Assembly (NCBI RefSeq): GCF_006345805.1
Contig: NW_021833268.1
Coordinates: 1-64,000, forward strand
Direction: 5' to 3'
DNA length: 64,000 bases
Source: Octopus sinensis
Lineage: Eukaryota
The notes beneath the pieces are model-generated. The model did no database searches and was not told the DNA's origin. It saw only the letters and a program-made list of their open reading frames with translations. A program made the position numbers and the translations under genes. This document shows positions 49,525 to 61,870 of this stretch, piece by piece. Positions within the stretch are counted from its first letter, which is position 1, and the number at the start of each line of letters is the position of its first letter.

Positions 49525-49860
49525 GGTGCATGGCTCAGTGGTTAGAGCATCGAGCTTACGATCGTGAGGTTGTGAGCTCGAATCCTGGACCAGGCTGCAT
49601 GTTGTGTTCTTAAGCAAGACACTTTATTTCACGTTGTTCCAGTTCACTCAGCTGTAGAAATGAGTTGCGACTTCACAGGTGCCAAGCTGTATTGGCCCCT
49701 TTGTCTTTCCCTTGAATAGCATCAGTGACATGGAGAGGGGAAGCTGGTATGCAAGGATGACTGCTGGTTTACAAGGATGACTGCTGGTTTACTTATGCCT
49801 TGGAGGGTAACTTTCTAGGTGCAATCCAAAGGTCATTCATTCCTGAAGGGGGTCTTTACT
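49525..49860 (+). mobile_element. tRNA-headed SINE, family D
   Basis: Similar to 48762-49098. Confidence 0.85.
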
Positions 49861-49871
49861 CTTATACCCTT

Positions 49872-49928
<57 letters not shown>

Positions 49929-50149
49929 TGTAAATTAGAAATAAAAAACCTTTTATCAATTCAACAATGAAAAAATTAAATTATACCATTCAGAAAAAAT
50001 TACATCGTATAGAAAAATTAAATATAAGATAAAACATTTACCAGTGATTAAGTAATGTGCAAAATAATAAATAAAATGTATATATATATTTACATATATA
50101 TTGGGCGACTGCTGATCTTCCATAAACAGCCTTGCCCGGACTTGTGCCT

Positions 50150-50432
50150 GGGAGGGTAACTTTCTAGGTGCAATCCCATGGTCAGTGTCATGACCGAAGG
50201 GAGTCTAAGAAGATGAGGTATGGTGATCAGGAGTGTTTAGTTCATAATCATAAAGTTGTGAGTTCAGTTTCTGGGCTAAGCAGTGTACTCTGGGAGGGTA
50301 ACTTTCTGGTGCAATCCTCATGGTCAGTGTCATGACCGAAAGGAGTCTAAGAAGATGAGGTATGGTGATCAGGAGTGTTTAGTTCATAATCATAAAGTTG
50401 TGAGTTCAGTTTCTGGGCTAAGCAGTGTACTC
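50150..50432. repeat. 142-bp direct tandem duplication
   Basis: GGGAGGGTAACTTTCT starts at 50150 and 50292. Confidence 0.92.
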
Positions 50433-51042
50433 TGGCAGACGAGAAGGAATAGGAGTAACTACTCGTAATATTGATATCATTAATGAAAACAATTTGTTAC
50501 ACAATCCAGAATGTTCTTTAATAACTTTGCCCATTAGCTGATTTAAAATATTCTTCCATTTCAATGTTGCAATATTGCTAATGGCTGCCAGCTGTTGCCG
50601 ATGTTGGCATTATTGATTCTGCTATTTGCCATCTAATCAGACATTAGATGTGACAAATATCTTCTGCACTTTTTGCATACATACTAATGATTTGTGGTCA
50701 CTCTTTAGGAAGAAGACAAGTAAAATATACGGCAATATTTTGAATTTAAATTTTTTTTCCAATAAATATCATGGAGTTTGCCTAGTCACATTTTATAGTA
50801 TAAGTATTTCTATGCTGAATAAATTTGAATAAAACTGAAGAACACAAAGTAACAAAATCAATTGAATCAATTATAATAAAGAAGAGGTCACTTGAATTGA
50901 AAATGTTTTAGTGTGGACCGTAAGAAATGAGAATGTATCAAACGTGAGGAAAAGTTTTACTCTCAGAATTTTAATTTAAAACACCTTTTTATCGTTTACT
51001 TGTGTCAGTCATTAGGCTGTGACTATGCTGGAGCAATGCCTT

Positions 51043-51375
51043 GAGGAATTTTGTGCCGGTAGCACGTAAAAGCACCATCCGCTTGTGTCCGTTGCCAGCC
51101 TCGCCTGGCCCCCGTGCCGGTGGCACGAAAAAAGAAAAAAAAAAAAGCACCATCCGTTCGTGGCCATTTGCCAGCTCTGTCTGGCACCTGTGCAGGTGGC
51201 ACATAAAAAGCACCCACTACACTCATGGAGTGGTTGGCGTTAGGAAGGCAATCCAGCCGTAGAAACACTGCCAAATCTGACTGGGCCTGATGAAGCCTTC
51301 CGGCTTCACAGACCCCAGTTGAACCGTCCAACCCATGCTAGCATGGAAAGCGGACGCTAAATGATGATGATGATG
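51043..51375 (+). mobile_element. RTE 3' UTR fragment with (GAT)n tail
   Basis: Matches 21230-21555. Confidence 0.88.
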
Positions 51376-51424
51376 AATTGGCCCCTGTATTTACTTTTTG
51401 GAAAGCCTGATGCTTTTTCTATTA

Positions 51425-51848
51425 AGTGGTGAGCTGGCAGAAATATTAACATGCCGGGCAAAATGCTTAGTGATATTTTGTCTGCCGTTACATTCTGAGT
51501 TCAAATTCCGCCAAGGTCGACTTTGCCTTTCATCCTTTCAGGGGTCGATTAAATAAGTACCAGTTACGCACTGGGGTCGATATAATCGACTTAATCCATT
51601 TGTCTGTCCTTGTTTGTCCCCTCTGTGTTTAGCCCCTTTGTGGGTAGTAAAGAAATGGGTATTTCTTCTGCTGTTACGTTCTGAGTTCAAATTCTGCCAA
51701 GGTCGACTCTGTCTTTCATCCTTTCGGGGGTCGATTAAATAAGTACCAGTTATGCACTGGGGTCGATATAATTGACTTAATCCATTTGTCTGTCCTTGTT
51801 TGTCCCCTCTGTGTGTAGCCTCTTGTGGGCAGTAAAGAAATAAGAAAC
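51425..51848 (+). mobile_element. Family B SINE dimer
   Basis: Junction GAAATGGGTATTTC near 51652. Confidence 0.9.
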
Positions 51849-52013
51849 AAACTTGACATCATCATACTTTCCTACTGGAATAAGACCACCACATACTGCA
51901 ATATGAAGAAGGATCTAACACTTAGTCATGCTGAATCAATAATAAATTAGGTTTCAAACATACTGGACTTACCACACAGTCATGCCTTGGCTAATTCTAG
52001 ATTTTTTCCAGTT

Positions 52014-52237
52014 GTACATTATTTACATTATTTACAATTGACGGATATTTGTCCTCATCTTGTTTGTTGTTAACACAACGTTTCGGCTGATATACTCTCC
52101 AGCCTTCATCAGGTGTCTTGGAGAAATTTCGAACCTGGGTTCTCATTCAATATGGCATAGTGGTTAAGAGCGCGGGCTACTAACCCCAAGATTCCAAATT
52201 CGATTCCAGGCAGGGACTTGAATAAATAATAATGATG

Positions 52238-52271
<34 letters not shown>

Positions 52272-52299
52272 TAATATCAAAAAATATCTTAGGAACGAG
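52014..52299. mobile_element. tRNA-headed hammerhead SINE with inverted 5' half
   Basis: Tail and hammerhead on minus (52014-52148); tRNA-like head, (AAT)n and linker on plus (52150-52299). Confidence 0.85.
52072..52117 (-). ncRNA. Minimal type I hammerhead ribozyme
   Basis: GACAC CUGAUGA A GGCUGG AGAGUAUA UCAGCC GAAA CGUU/GUGUU: intact CUGANGA and GAAA cores, 6-bp stem II, 5-bp stem I, palindromic ACGU stem III, GUU cleavage triplet. Confidence 0.82.
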
Positions 52300-52446
52300 T
52301 AGCTTGCTTATGAACCACATGGTTCCGGGTTCAGTCCCACTGTATGGCACCTTGGGCAAGTGTCTTCTACTATAGCCTCGGGCCGCCCAAAGCCTTGTGA
52401 TTTGGTAGGCAAAAACTGAAAGAATCCAGTCATATATATGTATGTT

Positions 52447-52497
<51 letters not shown>

Positions 52498-52740
52498 TTA
52501 TATATATATATATGTATGTGTGTGTTTGTGTGTTTGTGTTTGTCCCCCCAACATCGCTTGACAACTGACGCTGAGGTGTTTACATCCCCATAACTTAGCA
52601 GTTCGGCAAAAGAGACCGACAGAATAAGTACTAGGCTTACAAAGAATACGTCCTGGGGTCGATTTGCTCGACTAAAAGCGGTGCTCTAGCATGGCCACAA
52701 TCACATGACTGAAACAAGTAAAAGAGTAAAATAGTAAAGA
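52298..52740 (+). mobile_element. Family A SINE (5' clipped)
   Basis: Consensus match. Confidence 0.88.
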
Positions 52741-52848
52741 GTATAGTCATTCAGAAGTTGTGTCTGATATATATATATATTTGTTTGTCCAAAATCTCAT
52801 ACAATCACATGTGATATAATTTGGTTTTCCTCCTAGATGGAGACAAAC

Positions 52849-54560
52849 ACTTTCATCCCATGTGACAGGATTATTAAATGTTTAGAGATATCTCTCTTAA
52901 CATGAAACCAATGGTAGCCTGGCTAACCCACGAATAAAGAATACCCATGCACCAACGTGGTGCTGGGCACTCATTCTATCTGTTCAATATTACTGTGCTA
53001 ACCCTTCCGGTGTTCTCAAATGCTGGATAAGCACTAAACACAAGCCTAGAATCAAAACAAAACATGGAATCAGAACATCATGGCAGAATATTCTAATACC
53101 ATCACAGAATGCTTACATCAAGCATCTCATTGACAAAACAGAAAGCATCCTGAGGGTAATGGAATAAAAGGCCCACTTGTTCGATAAAGGTATGTCCGGC
53201 CCTTGTTCAGAGGATAGTTGCAGTTTCCAACCTACCCTATGATAAATCCACTTTTACAAAAGCTGCTGCATTGAAGTGATATTGTGATACTGCCACAGTT
53301 TACTTGAATGGCATCGTAAGGTTCATATCCATTTCTTTACTACCCACAAGGGGCTAAACATAGAGGCGATAAACAAGGACAGACAAACGGATTAAGTCGA
53401 TTATATCGACCCCAGTGCGTAACTGGTACTTAATTTATTGAGCCCGAAAGTTACAGTTTCCAACCTATCCTATGATAAATCCACTTTTACAAAGGCTGTC
53501 GCGTTCTACAATGTCACAATAGAAACGATCAACTTTAAAAGAAGCATAAATTATATCGAACCAAATGTAGGTAAACCAACAAGATTCAGGCAAAGGAACA
53601 TTTTATAACACAATCACCCATATTGTATGAACGTAGCCACTGACCTAGCTAGATAATTCTTACAACTAAAAGGCAACCACTTCCCACACTCACATAAATA
53701 CAGGATATTCAATAGAAATACAGTAAAAGTAAGCTATAGTTGCCTCCCCAATACAGGATGGATTATATTCAACCACGTGGTAAGTAGCTTGCTAAACAAC
53801 CACATGGTTCCGGGTTCAGTCCCACTGCGTGGCATCTTGGGCAAGTGTCTTCTGCTATAGCCCTGGGCCGACCAATGCCTTGTGAGTGGATTTGGTAGAC
53901 GGAAACTGAAAGAAGCCTGTCGTATATATGTATATATATATGTATGTGTGTGTTTGTGTGTCTGTGTTTGTCCCTCTAGCATTGCTTGACAACCGATGCT
54001 GGTGTGTTTACGTCCGCATCACTTAGCGGTTCGGCAAAAGAGACCGATAGAATAAGTACTGGGCTTACAAAGAATAAGTCCCGGGGTCGATTTGCTCGAC
54101 TAAAGACGGTGCTCCAGCATGGCCACAGTCAAATGACTGAAACAAGTAAAAGAGTAAAGAGTAATAAAAATAACAATATTTGGAATACACCCGAAAGACC
54201 ATGTAACTAGATCTCCAATAGCTGTTCCTTGAACAACAGATGCCTGGTGTAGGAACCAGGCTATCATCACAGATTTGAATGAAGTAACAAAAACATATAT
54301 TAGAATGATGGGAAACACCTTTAAAGAAAGATATATGCAGTATTTGGTTTCATTCAGAACGCAAACAAAAACACACAGCATCCTATCTAATATGATATGG
54401 ACACTGACGGAGAAACATTTCAGCTGAAGAGGCATCTCACTCAAGTAGCTCAACTGAGGTTAACAGCAGCAGAAACACCAACGCCCATTATATAGACAGA
54501 ATGATCCAAATATTCCCCAAATGTTCAAATCAAGAGTTGAAAACCATCTGCATTAACTTT
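52849..54560 (+). mobile_element. Internally deleted Penelope-like element (N-terminus, RT-thumb/linker, GIY-YIG), interrupted by SINEs B (53331-53450) and A (53770-54162)
   Basis: LIDKTES.LR..*KAHLF; [18 protein letters not shown]; KTYI.M.GNTFKERY...SF...LS.MIW.L. Confidence 0.75.
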
Positions 54561-54857
54561 GTTATGTCAACAGGCTTGATGCTTGGGACCCACAAGTGAA
54601 TAAAGCAAAGCCCACCCAATGGATTTCCATCTGTGCTTCATTGCAGAAACATGAACAGTGACAGGGGACAAAAAAAAAACAGATTGTCTACAACAATGTG
54701 AAATGCATACGATCAGTTGGGGCGGGGGAAATATGCAAATCACTGCAAACAGTACAACCTTCTTCAGGACTTAATCTGAAGAAAGTTTAATAATGGAAGG
54801 CAAGGTTTATGATATCGGAGGAATATCATCCCTTTCCATCATTCTTCTTGTTCTTTA

Positions 54858-55242
54858 TGTAGTTCAGGCTTTCGGCAGGTGAAGAGAAAAGACTTCAAGC
54901 ACAAATGCTATTTACAACTGGTTTATTTACAGGAAAGGTGAAGTGTGCTGCTCTCAGCTACCATCCTAAGCTCCGAATAGTGCGGTCGCATTGCCTCTGG
55001 AGATAGACAGGCAGAAAGCCTCAGCCTGTGTTGGTGTTCAGCCAGTGCTGCTGTGTAGTGGCGCTAACAGAGAAAAGACAGAACTGAATCGGTTTTCTGT
55101 CTACATCATTTCCCATTATGAGCCTCGTTGTGATCTCGCGCATGGCAAATGGATGCAGGTGAGGTCTTGCTCCAGTCTCGGAGATACCAATGGCTGCTGC
55201 GAGATCTCATCCAATATGGCGCTGGCTGTTTGTGCCGCTACA
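54858..55242 (-). mobile_element. Solo-LTR-like sequence (385 bp)
   Basis: TGTAG...CTACA termini, GC-richer than flanks, AATAAA on minus about 65 bp from the 3' end; no TSD. Confidence 0.5.
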
Positions 55243-55900
55243 AAGGTTATGCTCTCAATTTGGAGGGATTGGAAGGGCGTTGCTTTTTATGATCTTCTTC
55301 CCATGGACAAGATTATCAGGTCAGATGTTTACTGTGATCAGGTGGAGAGATTAAATGCAGCAATCCACATGAAGCATCCAGTACTTGCTAATCATAAATG
55401 CATTGTCTTTCATCATGACAACGTCCATCTACACCAGTGGTTTTCAACCAGGGTTCCGCGGAACCTTAGGGTTCCGCCAGTACAGTGAAGGAGTTCCGCA
55501 AGAAGTTACAAAACTGCTAAAATCGGCAGTAATTTTTAAGTCTCCTGTGCAGATATGTGTACATAAGACTATTAAATTATTGCACAGGGTTTCCTCGAGC
55601 CAGAGGAATGTTTCCTTGGGGTTCCGCTCCAGCAAAAAGTTTGAAAAGCACTGATCTACACACTTCTTTGCAGACATGGCAGAAGTCACTGGGGCTTGAC
55701 TAGGAAGTTTTACTGCACCCTCCATTTTAACCTGACCTTGCACCTGTTTCAGTTTCTTCAAAATTCATTGAATGGACTGACCTTCAACTCTTACGAGGAT
55801 GTAAAAATTTACCTGGAAGAGTTTTCAACTGTAATGACAGGAAATAATGAATCTGCTGACAAGATGGAAGATGATACTGGAATGAAACACTAATTATACC
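55243..55900 (+). mobile_element. Mariner transposase remnant
   Basis: KVMLSIW.DWKGV.FY.LLP, HHDN, HPP..PDLA, LQNSLNG. Confidence 0.85.
55435..55653. mobile_element. hAT-type MITE with 8-bp TSD
   Basis: TSD ATCTACAC at 55427-55434 and 55654-55661; TIRs CAGTGGTTTTCAA / TTGAAAAGCACTG. Confidence 0.93.
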
Positions 55901-56004
55901 ATTGATTGAATAAATGACTTTGTATATAAACTTGTGACTTATATTCACTTACAAAGTTGAACGAACTTTTTGATCAACGCATTAGAAAAAAAAATTGATA
56001 GTGA

Positions 56005-56410
56005 GGCGCAGGAGTGGCTGTGTGGTAAGTAGCTTGCTTACCAGCCATATGGTTCCGGGTTCAGTCCCACTGCGTGGCATCTTGGGCAAGTGTCTTCTGC
56101 TATAGCCCCGGGCCGACCAATACCTTGTGAGTGGATTTGGTAGACGGAAACTGAAAGAAGCCTGTCGTATATATGTATATATGTATGTGTGTGTGTGTTT
56201 GTGTGTCTGTGCTTGTCCCCCTAGCATTGCTTTACAACCGATGCTGGTGTGTTTACGTCCCCGTAACTTAGTGGTTCGGCAAAAGAGACCGATAGAATAA
56301 GTACTGGGCTTACAAAGAATAAGTCCCGGGGTCGATTTGCTCGACTAAAGGCGGTGCTCCAGCATGGCCACAGTCAAATGACTGAAACAAGTAAAAGAGT
56401 AAAAGAGTAA
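56005..56410 (+). mobile_element. Family A SINE
   Basis: Consensus match. Confidence 0.9.
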
Positions 56411-57027
56411 ATACCAAACTGGTATAAGGGCTGGAGAAGATATGACCATCCAGAACCTTGATTGAAATGCCCCAGCATGACCAAAATCCATTGATAGAAA
56501 CCAGTAAAAGAATAAAAAACATTTACAACCATTATCAATATTCTTGGAGGCAGTCAACAACAAAGTGTATGAAAAACTTGATGAAGAGTTGAAGCCTTCA
56601 GCAGTGAGCTGGCAATCCATTAAGATTACACACTACTTGAAAGAATTTACAAGAAAAACTGACCCAAGAATAAACTGTCTTTGTTCATTTGACCTCACTA
56701 AATAGTTAAATGATAGATTTTCATTTCTATGAAGGATGGTGTGTAAACAATTTAAAAGTATCAGTAACTGATGCAAGTAAATTCTGCATTTGAATTCTGA
56801 AAACTAAAGCACCGCTAATTACAAACATATTAAAGTAGACTAATTGCTTGTGGGACGTTTCTACATCTGCTGTAGAGAAAACAGATATTGGAATATCAGC
56901 TTTCGTGAACTGAATGACAATTACAGTCAAAACAATCAAATGGTTACATCGGTTAATGTTTTGATGAATTTAAGATATTAGCAATCGCTAAGAACAAATT
57001 GTAAGGTCATGTTCACAACAAAACTAA

Positions 57028-57231
57028 CTCTCTCTTTTACTCTTTTACTTGTTTCAGTCATTTTACTGCGGCCATGCTGGAGCACCGCCTTTAGTCGAGC
57101 AAATCGACCCCAGGACTTATTCTTTGTAAGCCCAGTACTTATTCTATCGGTCTCTTTTGCCGAACCGCTAAGTTACGGGGACGTAAACATACCAGCATCA
57201 GTTGTCAAGCAATGCTAGGGGGACAAGCACA

Positions 57232-57303
<72 letters not shown>

Positions 57304-57465
57304 TACGACAGGCTTCTTTCAGTTTCTGTCTACCAAATCCACTCACAAGGCTTTGGTCGACCCGGGGCTATAGCAGAAGACACTTGCCCAAGGTGCCATG
57401 CAGTGGGACTGAACCCGGAACCATGTGGTTGGTTAGCAAGCTACTTACCACACAGCCACTCCTGT
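57028..57465 (-). mobile_element. Family A SINE
   Basis: Consensus match. Confidence 0.9.
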
Positions 57466-57659
57466 GCCTAAGTGATAGATTTGTTAACACATCAGAGCAA
57501 ATGCTTTTCAGTATTTTCTGGGCTCTTTATATTCTGAATTCAAATTCTGCTGGGGTCAACTTTGTCTTTCCCACCTCTTGGGTCAGATGATATCAACTAA
57601 CCCACTTACCCCCAAATTGCTGGCCTTGTGCCTAAATTAGAAACAATATTATTACTCCA

Positions 57660-58140
57660 GGGAAGGCAGTGAGCTGGTGGAATCGTTAACATGCCAGGCA
57701 AAATGCTAAGAGGTATTTCACTCATCAAAAGGCAGCGAGCTGGCAGAATTGTTAGCACGCCGGGTGAAATGCATAGACGTATTTTGTCTGTCGTTACGTT
57801 GTGAGTTTGAATTCCGCCGAGGTTGACTTTGCCTTTCATCCTTTCGGGGTCGATAAATTAAGTACCAGTTACGCACTGGGGTCGATGTAATCGACTTAAT
57901 ACCTATGTCTGTCCTTGTTTGTCCCCTCTATGTTTAGCCCCTTGTGGGTAATAAAGAAATAGGTATTTCACTCATCTTTATGTTCTGAGTTCAAATTCTG
58001 CCAAGGTTGACTTTGCCTTTCATCCTTCAGGTGTCAATAAAATAAGTAACAGTTGAGTACTGGGGTCGGTGTAATTGATTTACCCACTTCCTTGAAATTG
58101 CTGGCCTTGTGCCTGAATGTGAAACCAATATTGTTATTCC
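57660..58140 (+). mobile_element. Family B SINE multimer
   Basis: Junction GAAATAGGTATTTC near 57955. Confidence 0.85.
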
Positions 58141-58237
58141 AGGAGTCCATTTTACTTGCATTTAAACTCTTCAGTACTCAGGCATTCAATGCTTTCCTGG
58201 TCAGCCACACTGGTCAATCTATCACCAATCACATTAC

Positions 58238-59115
58238 TCTTACTCTTTTACTCTTTTACTTGTTTCAGTCATTCGACTGCGGCCATGCTGGAGCACCGCC
58301 TTTAGTCGAGCAACTCGACCCCGGGACTTATTCTTTATAAGCCCAGTACTTATTCTATCGGTCTCTTTTGCCGAACCGCTAAGTGACGGGGACGTAAACA
58401 CACCAGCATCGGTTGTCAAGCAATGCTAGGGGAACAAACACAGACACGCAAACACACACACACATATGTATATATACATATATACGACAGGCTTCTTTCA
58501 GTTTCCGTCTACCAAATCCACTCACAAGGCATTGGTCGGCCCGGGGCTATAGCAGAAGACACTTTCCCAAGATGCCACGCAGTGGGACTGAACCCGGAAC
58601 CATGTGGCTGGTTAGCAAGCTACTTACCACACAGCCACTCCTGCGCCTAGGTTTGTGGAAAAACCAACCACTCAGCATTTACCTATAAAAAGAATATGCA
58701 TTTAATTCAACAAAGGCGCAGGCGTAGCTGTGTGGTAAGTAGCTTGTTTACCAACCACATGGTTCCGGGTTCAGTCCCACAGTGTGGCACCTTGGGCAAG
58801 TGTCTTCTACTATAGCCTCGGGCCGACCAAAGCCTTGTGAGTGGATTTGGTAGACGGAAACTGAAAGAAGCCTGTCGTATATATGTATACATATGTATGC
58901 GTGTGTGTGTTTGTGTGTCTGTGTTTGTTCCCCTAGCATTGCTTGGTGTGTTTATGTCCCCATTACTTAGCGGTTCGGCAAAAGAGACCGATCGAATAAG
59001 TATTGGTTCTTACAAAAGAATAAGTCTCGGGGTCGAGTTGCTTGATTAAAGGCGGCGCTCCAGCATGGCCGCAGTCAAATGACAGAAACAACTAAAATAG
59101 TAAAATAGTAAAAGA
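58238..59115. mobile_element. Head-to-head inverted pair of family A SINEs (58238-58650 minus, 58715-59115 plus)
   Basis: Consensus matches about 65 bp apart. Confidence 0.9.
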
Positions 59116-59187
59116 TTTTATTCCTATCACTGACCACTTTATTTCTACTATAAGAGAAACAACAGCTAGTGAAGGTGCTTCAGTCAA

Positions 59188-59660
59188 GGATATGAACCTT
59201 ACGATGCCATTCAAGTAAACTGTGGCAGTATCACAATATCACTTCAATGCAGCAGCTTTTGTAAAAGTGGATTTATTATAGGGTAGGTTGGAAACTGCAA
59301 CTATCCTCTGAACAAGGGCCTTTATCGAACAAGTGGGCCTTTTATTCCATTACCCTCAGGATGCTTTCTGTTTTGTCAATGAGATGCTTGATGTAAGCAT
59401 TCTGTGATGGTATTAGAATATTCTGCCATGATGTTCTGATTCCATGTTTTGTTTTGATTCTAGGCTTGTGTTTAGTGCTTATCCAGCATTTGAGAACACC
59501 GGAAGGGTTAGCACAGTAATATTGAACAGATAGAATGAGTGCCCAGCACCACGTTGGTGCATGGGTATTCTTTATTCGTGGGTTAGCCAGGCTACCATTG
59601 GTTTCATGTTAAGAGAGATATCTCTAAACATTTAACAATCCTGTCACATGGGATGAAAGT
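59188..59660 (-). repeat. Inverted near-identical copy of 52849-53330
   Basis: Two substitutions seen by eye and one 9-bp indel (TATGTCCGG). Confidence 0.93.
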
Positions 59661-59984
59661 CTCATCAACTGCAATTAGTTTGTTCCTACATAGGTTTCTA
59701 TGGCCAGTAGTTCTTGGGTTTCTGAGGCTTCCCTAAGACAGCACCAAGAGAATCATAAGATGGAAGAAAAAGAGACTCCACAAACACATTTTAAATTTGA
59801 GTCTAGTCAAAATGTAGCTGGAGAATGCAGAAGAGAAGGACATGAATGTTGACTAAAATACAAACCTAAAATCTATGCAATATCACCGTTAAAGCCACAG
59901 AAACATTTGGTATTAGTACCACTATGAGGTGGAAAAAGTTGTCAACAAACGGCCTGACAACATTTCCTGCATTGTGTGGAAGCA

Positions 59985-60362
59985 CTCCGTCAGTTATGAC
60001 GATGAGGGTTCCAGTTGATCCGAATCAACGGAACAGCCTGCTCGTGAAACTAACGTGTAAGTGGCTGAGCACTCCACAGACACGTGTACCCTTAACGTAG
60101 TTCTTGGGGATATTCAGCGTGACACAGAGAGTGACAAGGCCGGCCCCTTGAAATACAGGTACAACAGAAACAGGAAGTAAGAGTGAGAGAAAGTTGTGGT
60201 GAAAGAGTACAGCAGGGATCACCACCATCCCCTGCCAGAGCCTCGTGGAGCTTTAGGTGTTTTCGCTCAATAAACACTCACAACGCCCGGTCTGGGAATC
60301 GAAACCGCGATCCTATGACCGTGAGTCCGCTGCCCTAACCACTGGGCCATTGCGCCTCCACT
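59985..60362 (-). mobile_element. Family C SINE
   Basis: Reverse complement of 11236-11612. Confidence 0.88.
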
Positions 60363-60689
60363 CCTGCATTGTAAGGGTATTATTAATACTTAATTTATCT
60401 GCTGTTTTAATGGTGATAATGTGTTTGAAAATATCACTTTCTTGTCTGTATCGTACAATAAACATTCAACAATTTATAAAAAACAAATGTAAGTTTGGAA
60501 ATATTAAATTTCTGGATATCTCATAGAGATATGTACGGTGGTGGGGCGATAGAATGGTTGTATACTGTTAATTTAACGTGACAGTAGGGGATTACACCAC
60601 CGCTGTTTAGCCCTAGGAAGCATCAACGCTTCCTGATGGCTTTGACACATTTTTTCCTGTGTCCTTATATATTTACGAAGGAAAGACAA

Positions 60690-60844
60690 ATATAGTGGCT
60701 GTGTGGTAAGTAGCTTGCTAACCAACCACATGGTTCCGGGTTCAGTCCCACTGCGTGGCACCTTGGGCAAGTGTCTTCTACTATAGCCTCGGGCCGACCA
60801 AAGCATTATGAGTGGATTTGGTAGACTGAAAGAAGCCTGTCGTG

Positions 60845-60877
<33 letters not shown>

Positions 60878-61105
60878 ATGTGTTTGTGTGTCTGTGTTTG
60901 TCCCCCTAGCATTGCTTGACAACCGATGCTGGTGTGTTTACGTCCCCATCACTTAGCGGTTCGGCAAAAGACACCGATAGAATAAGTACTAGGCTTACAA
61001 AGAATAAGTCCCAGGGTCGATTTGTTTGACTAAAGGCGATGCTCCAGCATGGCCACAGTCAAATGACTGAAACAAGTAAAAGAGTAAACGAGTAACGAGT
61101 AAATG
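60690..61105 (+). mobile_element. Family A SINE
   Basis: Consensus match. Confidence 0.88.
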
Positions 61106-61870
61106 AGTATAGAAACTGACCCTCTTCTTTGATGAGGAAATTTTATTAGATGATGGCATTGGCCAAGCTCTAGAGTATGATGATGATTCAGATTTGAATT
61201 TTAGTGGTTTAGAAGATGACATTGATGCTGATGGTGACATTATTTCTCCCAAAGAAACACTTGATTTAAAATGAGATTTTCTTTTGTCAACAAAGCCTTG
61301 TGAGTGGATTTGGTAGATTTCATACTTTTTGGCACATGGCCAATAATTTCAGGGGAGGAATTAAGTTGATTATATTGACTCCAGTGATAGACTGGTACTT
61401 ATTTTATCGACCGAAAAGGAAGAAAGGCAAAGTCGACTTTGGCTGAATTTGAACTCAGAATGTAAAGATGAAATGCCACTAAACATTTTGCCTGGTGAGG
61501 TCATGATTCTGCCAGCTCACTACCTTGATATGACAACATATTGATTCCTGAGGATAAGAATTAAATTCTTTAAACTAAAAATAATCTTGTTAGCTCATTT
61601 CATAAGGTCCAGTAAGAAAGTAAAAAAATTTAAACTTTGCTTTTATATCACCTTTTTTTTTTCCTTTTCTGAAATTGCTTCCAAGAACCAAGAAATCGAT
61701 TTTGTATTTAATGTTTCTTTAAGTGCACCTAACTTTTGATAATAAATGTTTGAGAGATTTTATGACCTTTTTTGCAACATAATCTACTGTTCAACAATCC
61801 TTTAATAAAATAATACTTTGGTAAAATCTTTGACTTCTTAAATCTTATGTTGATTCACTGCTCCAGCTAC

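Noticed and set aside
56520-56705. 58-aa open frame ending CSFDLTK as Penelope RT
   Set aside because: Only a weak SFD resemblance, with no downstream RT motifs.
59694-59852. Possible terminal exon VSMASSSW...
   Set aside because: Surrounding frames look like very decayed RTE RT; no independent support.
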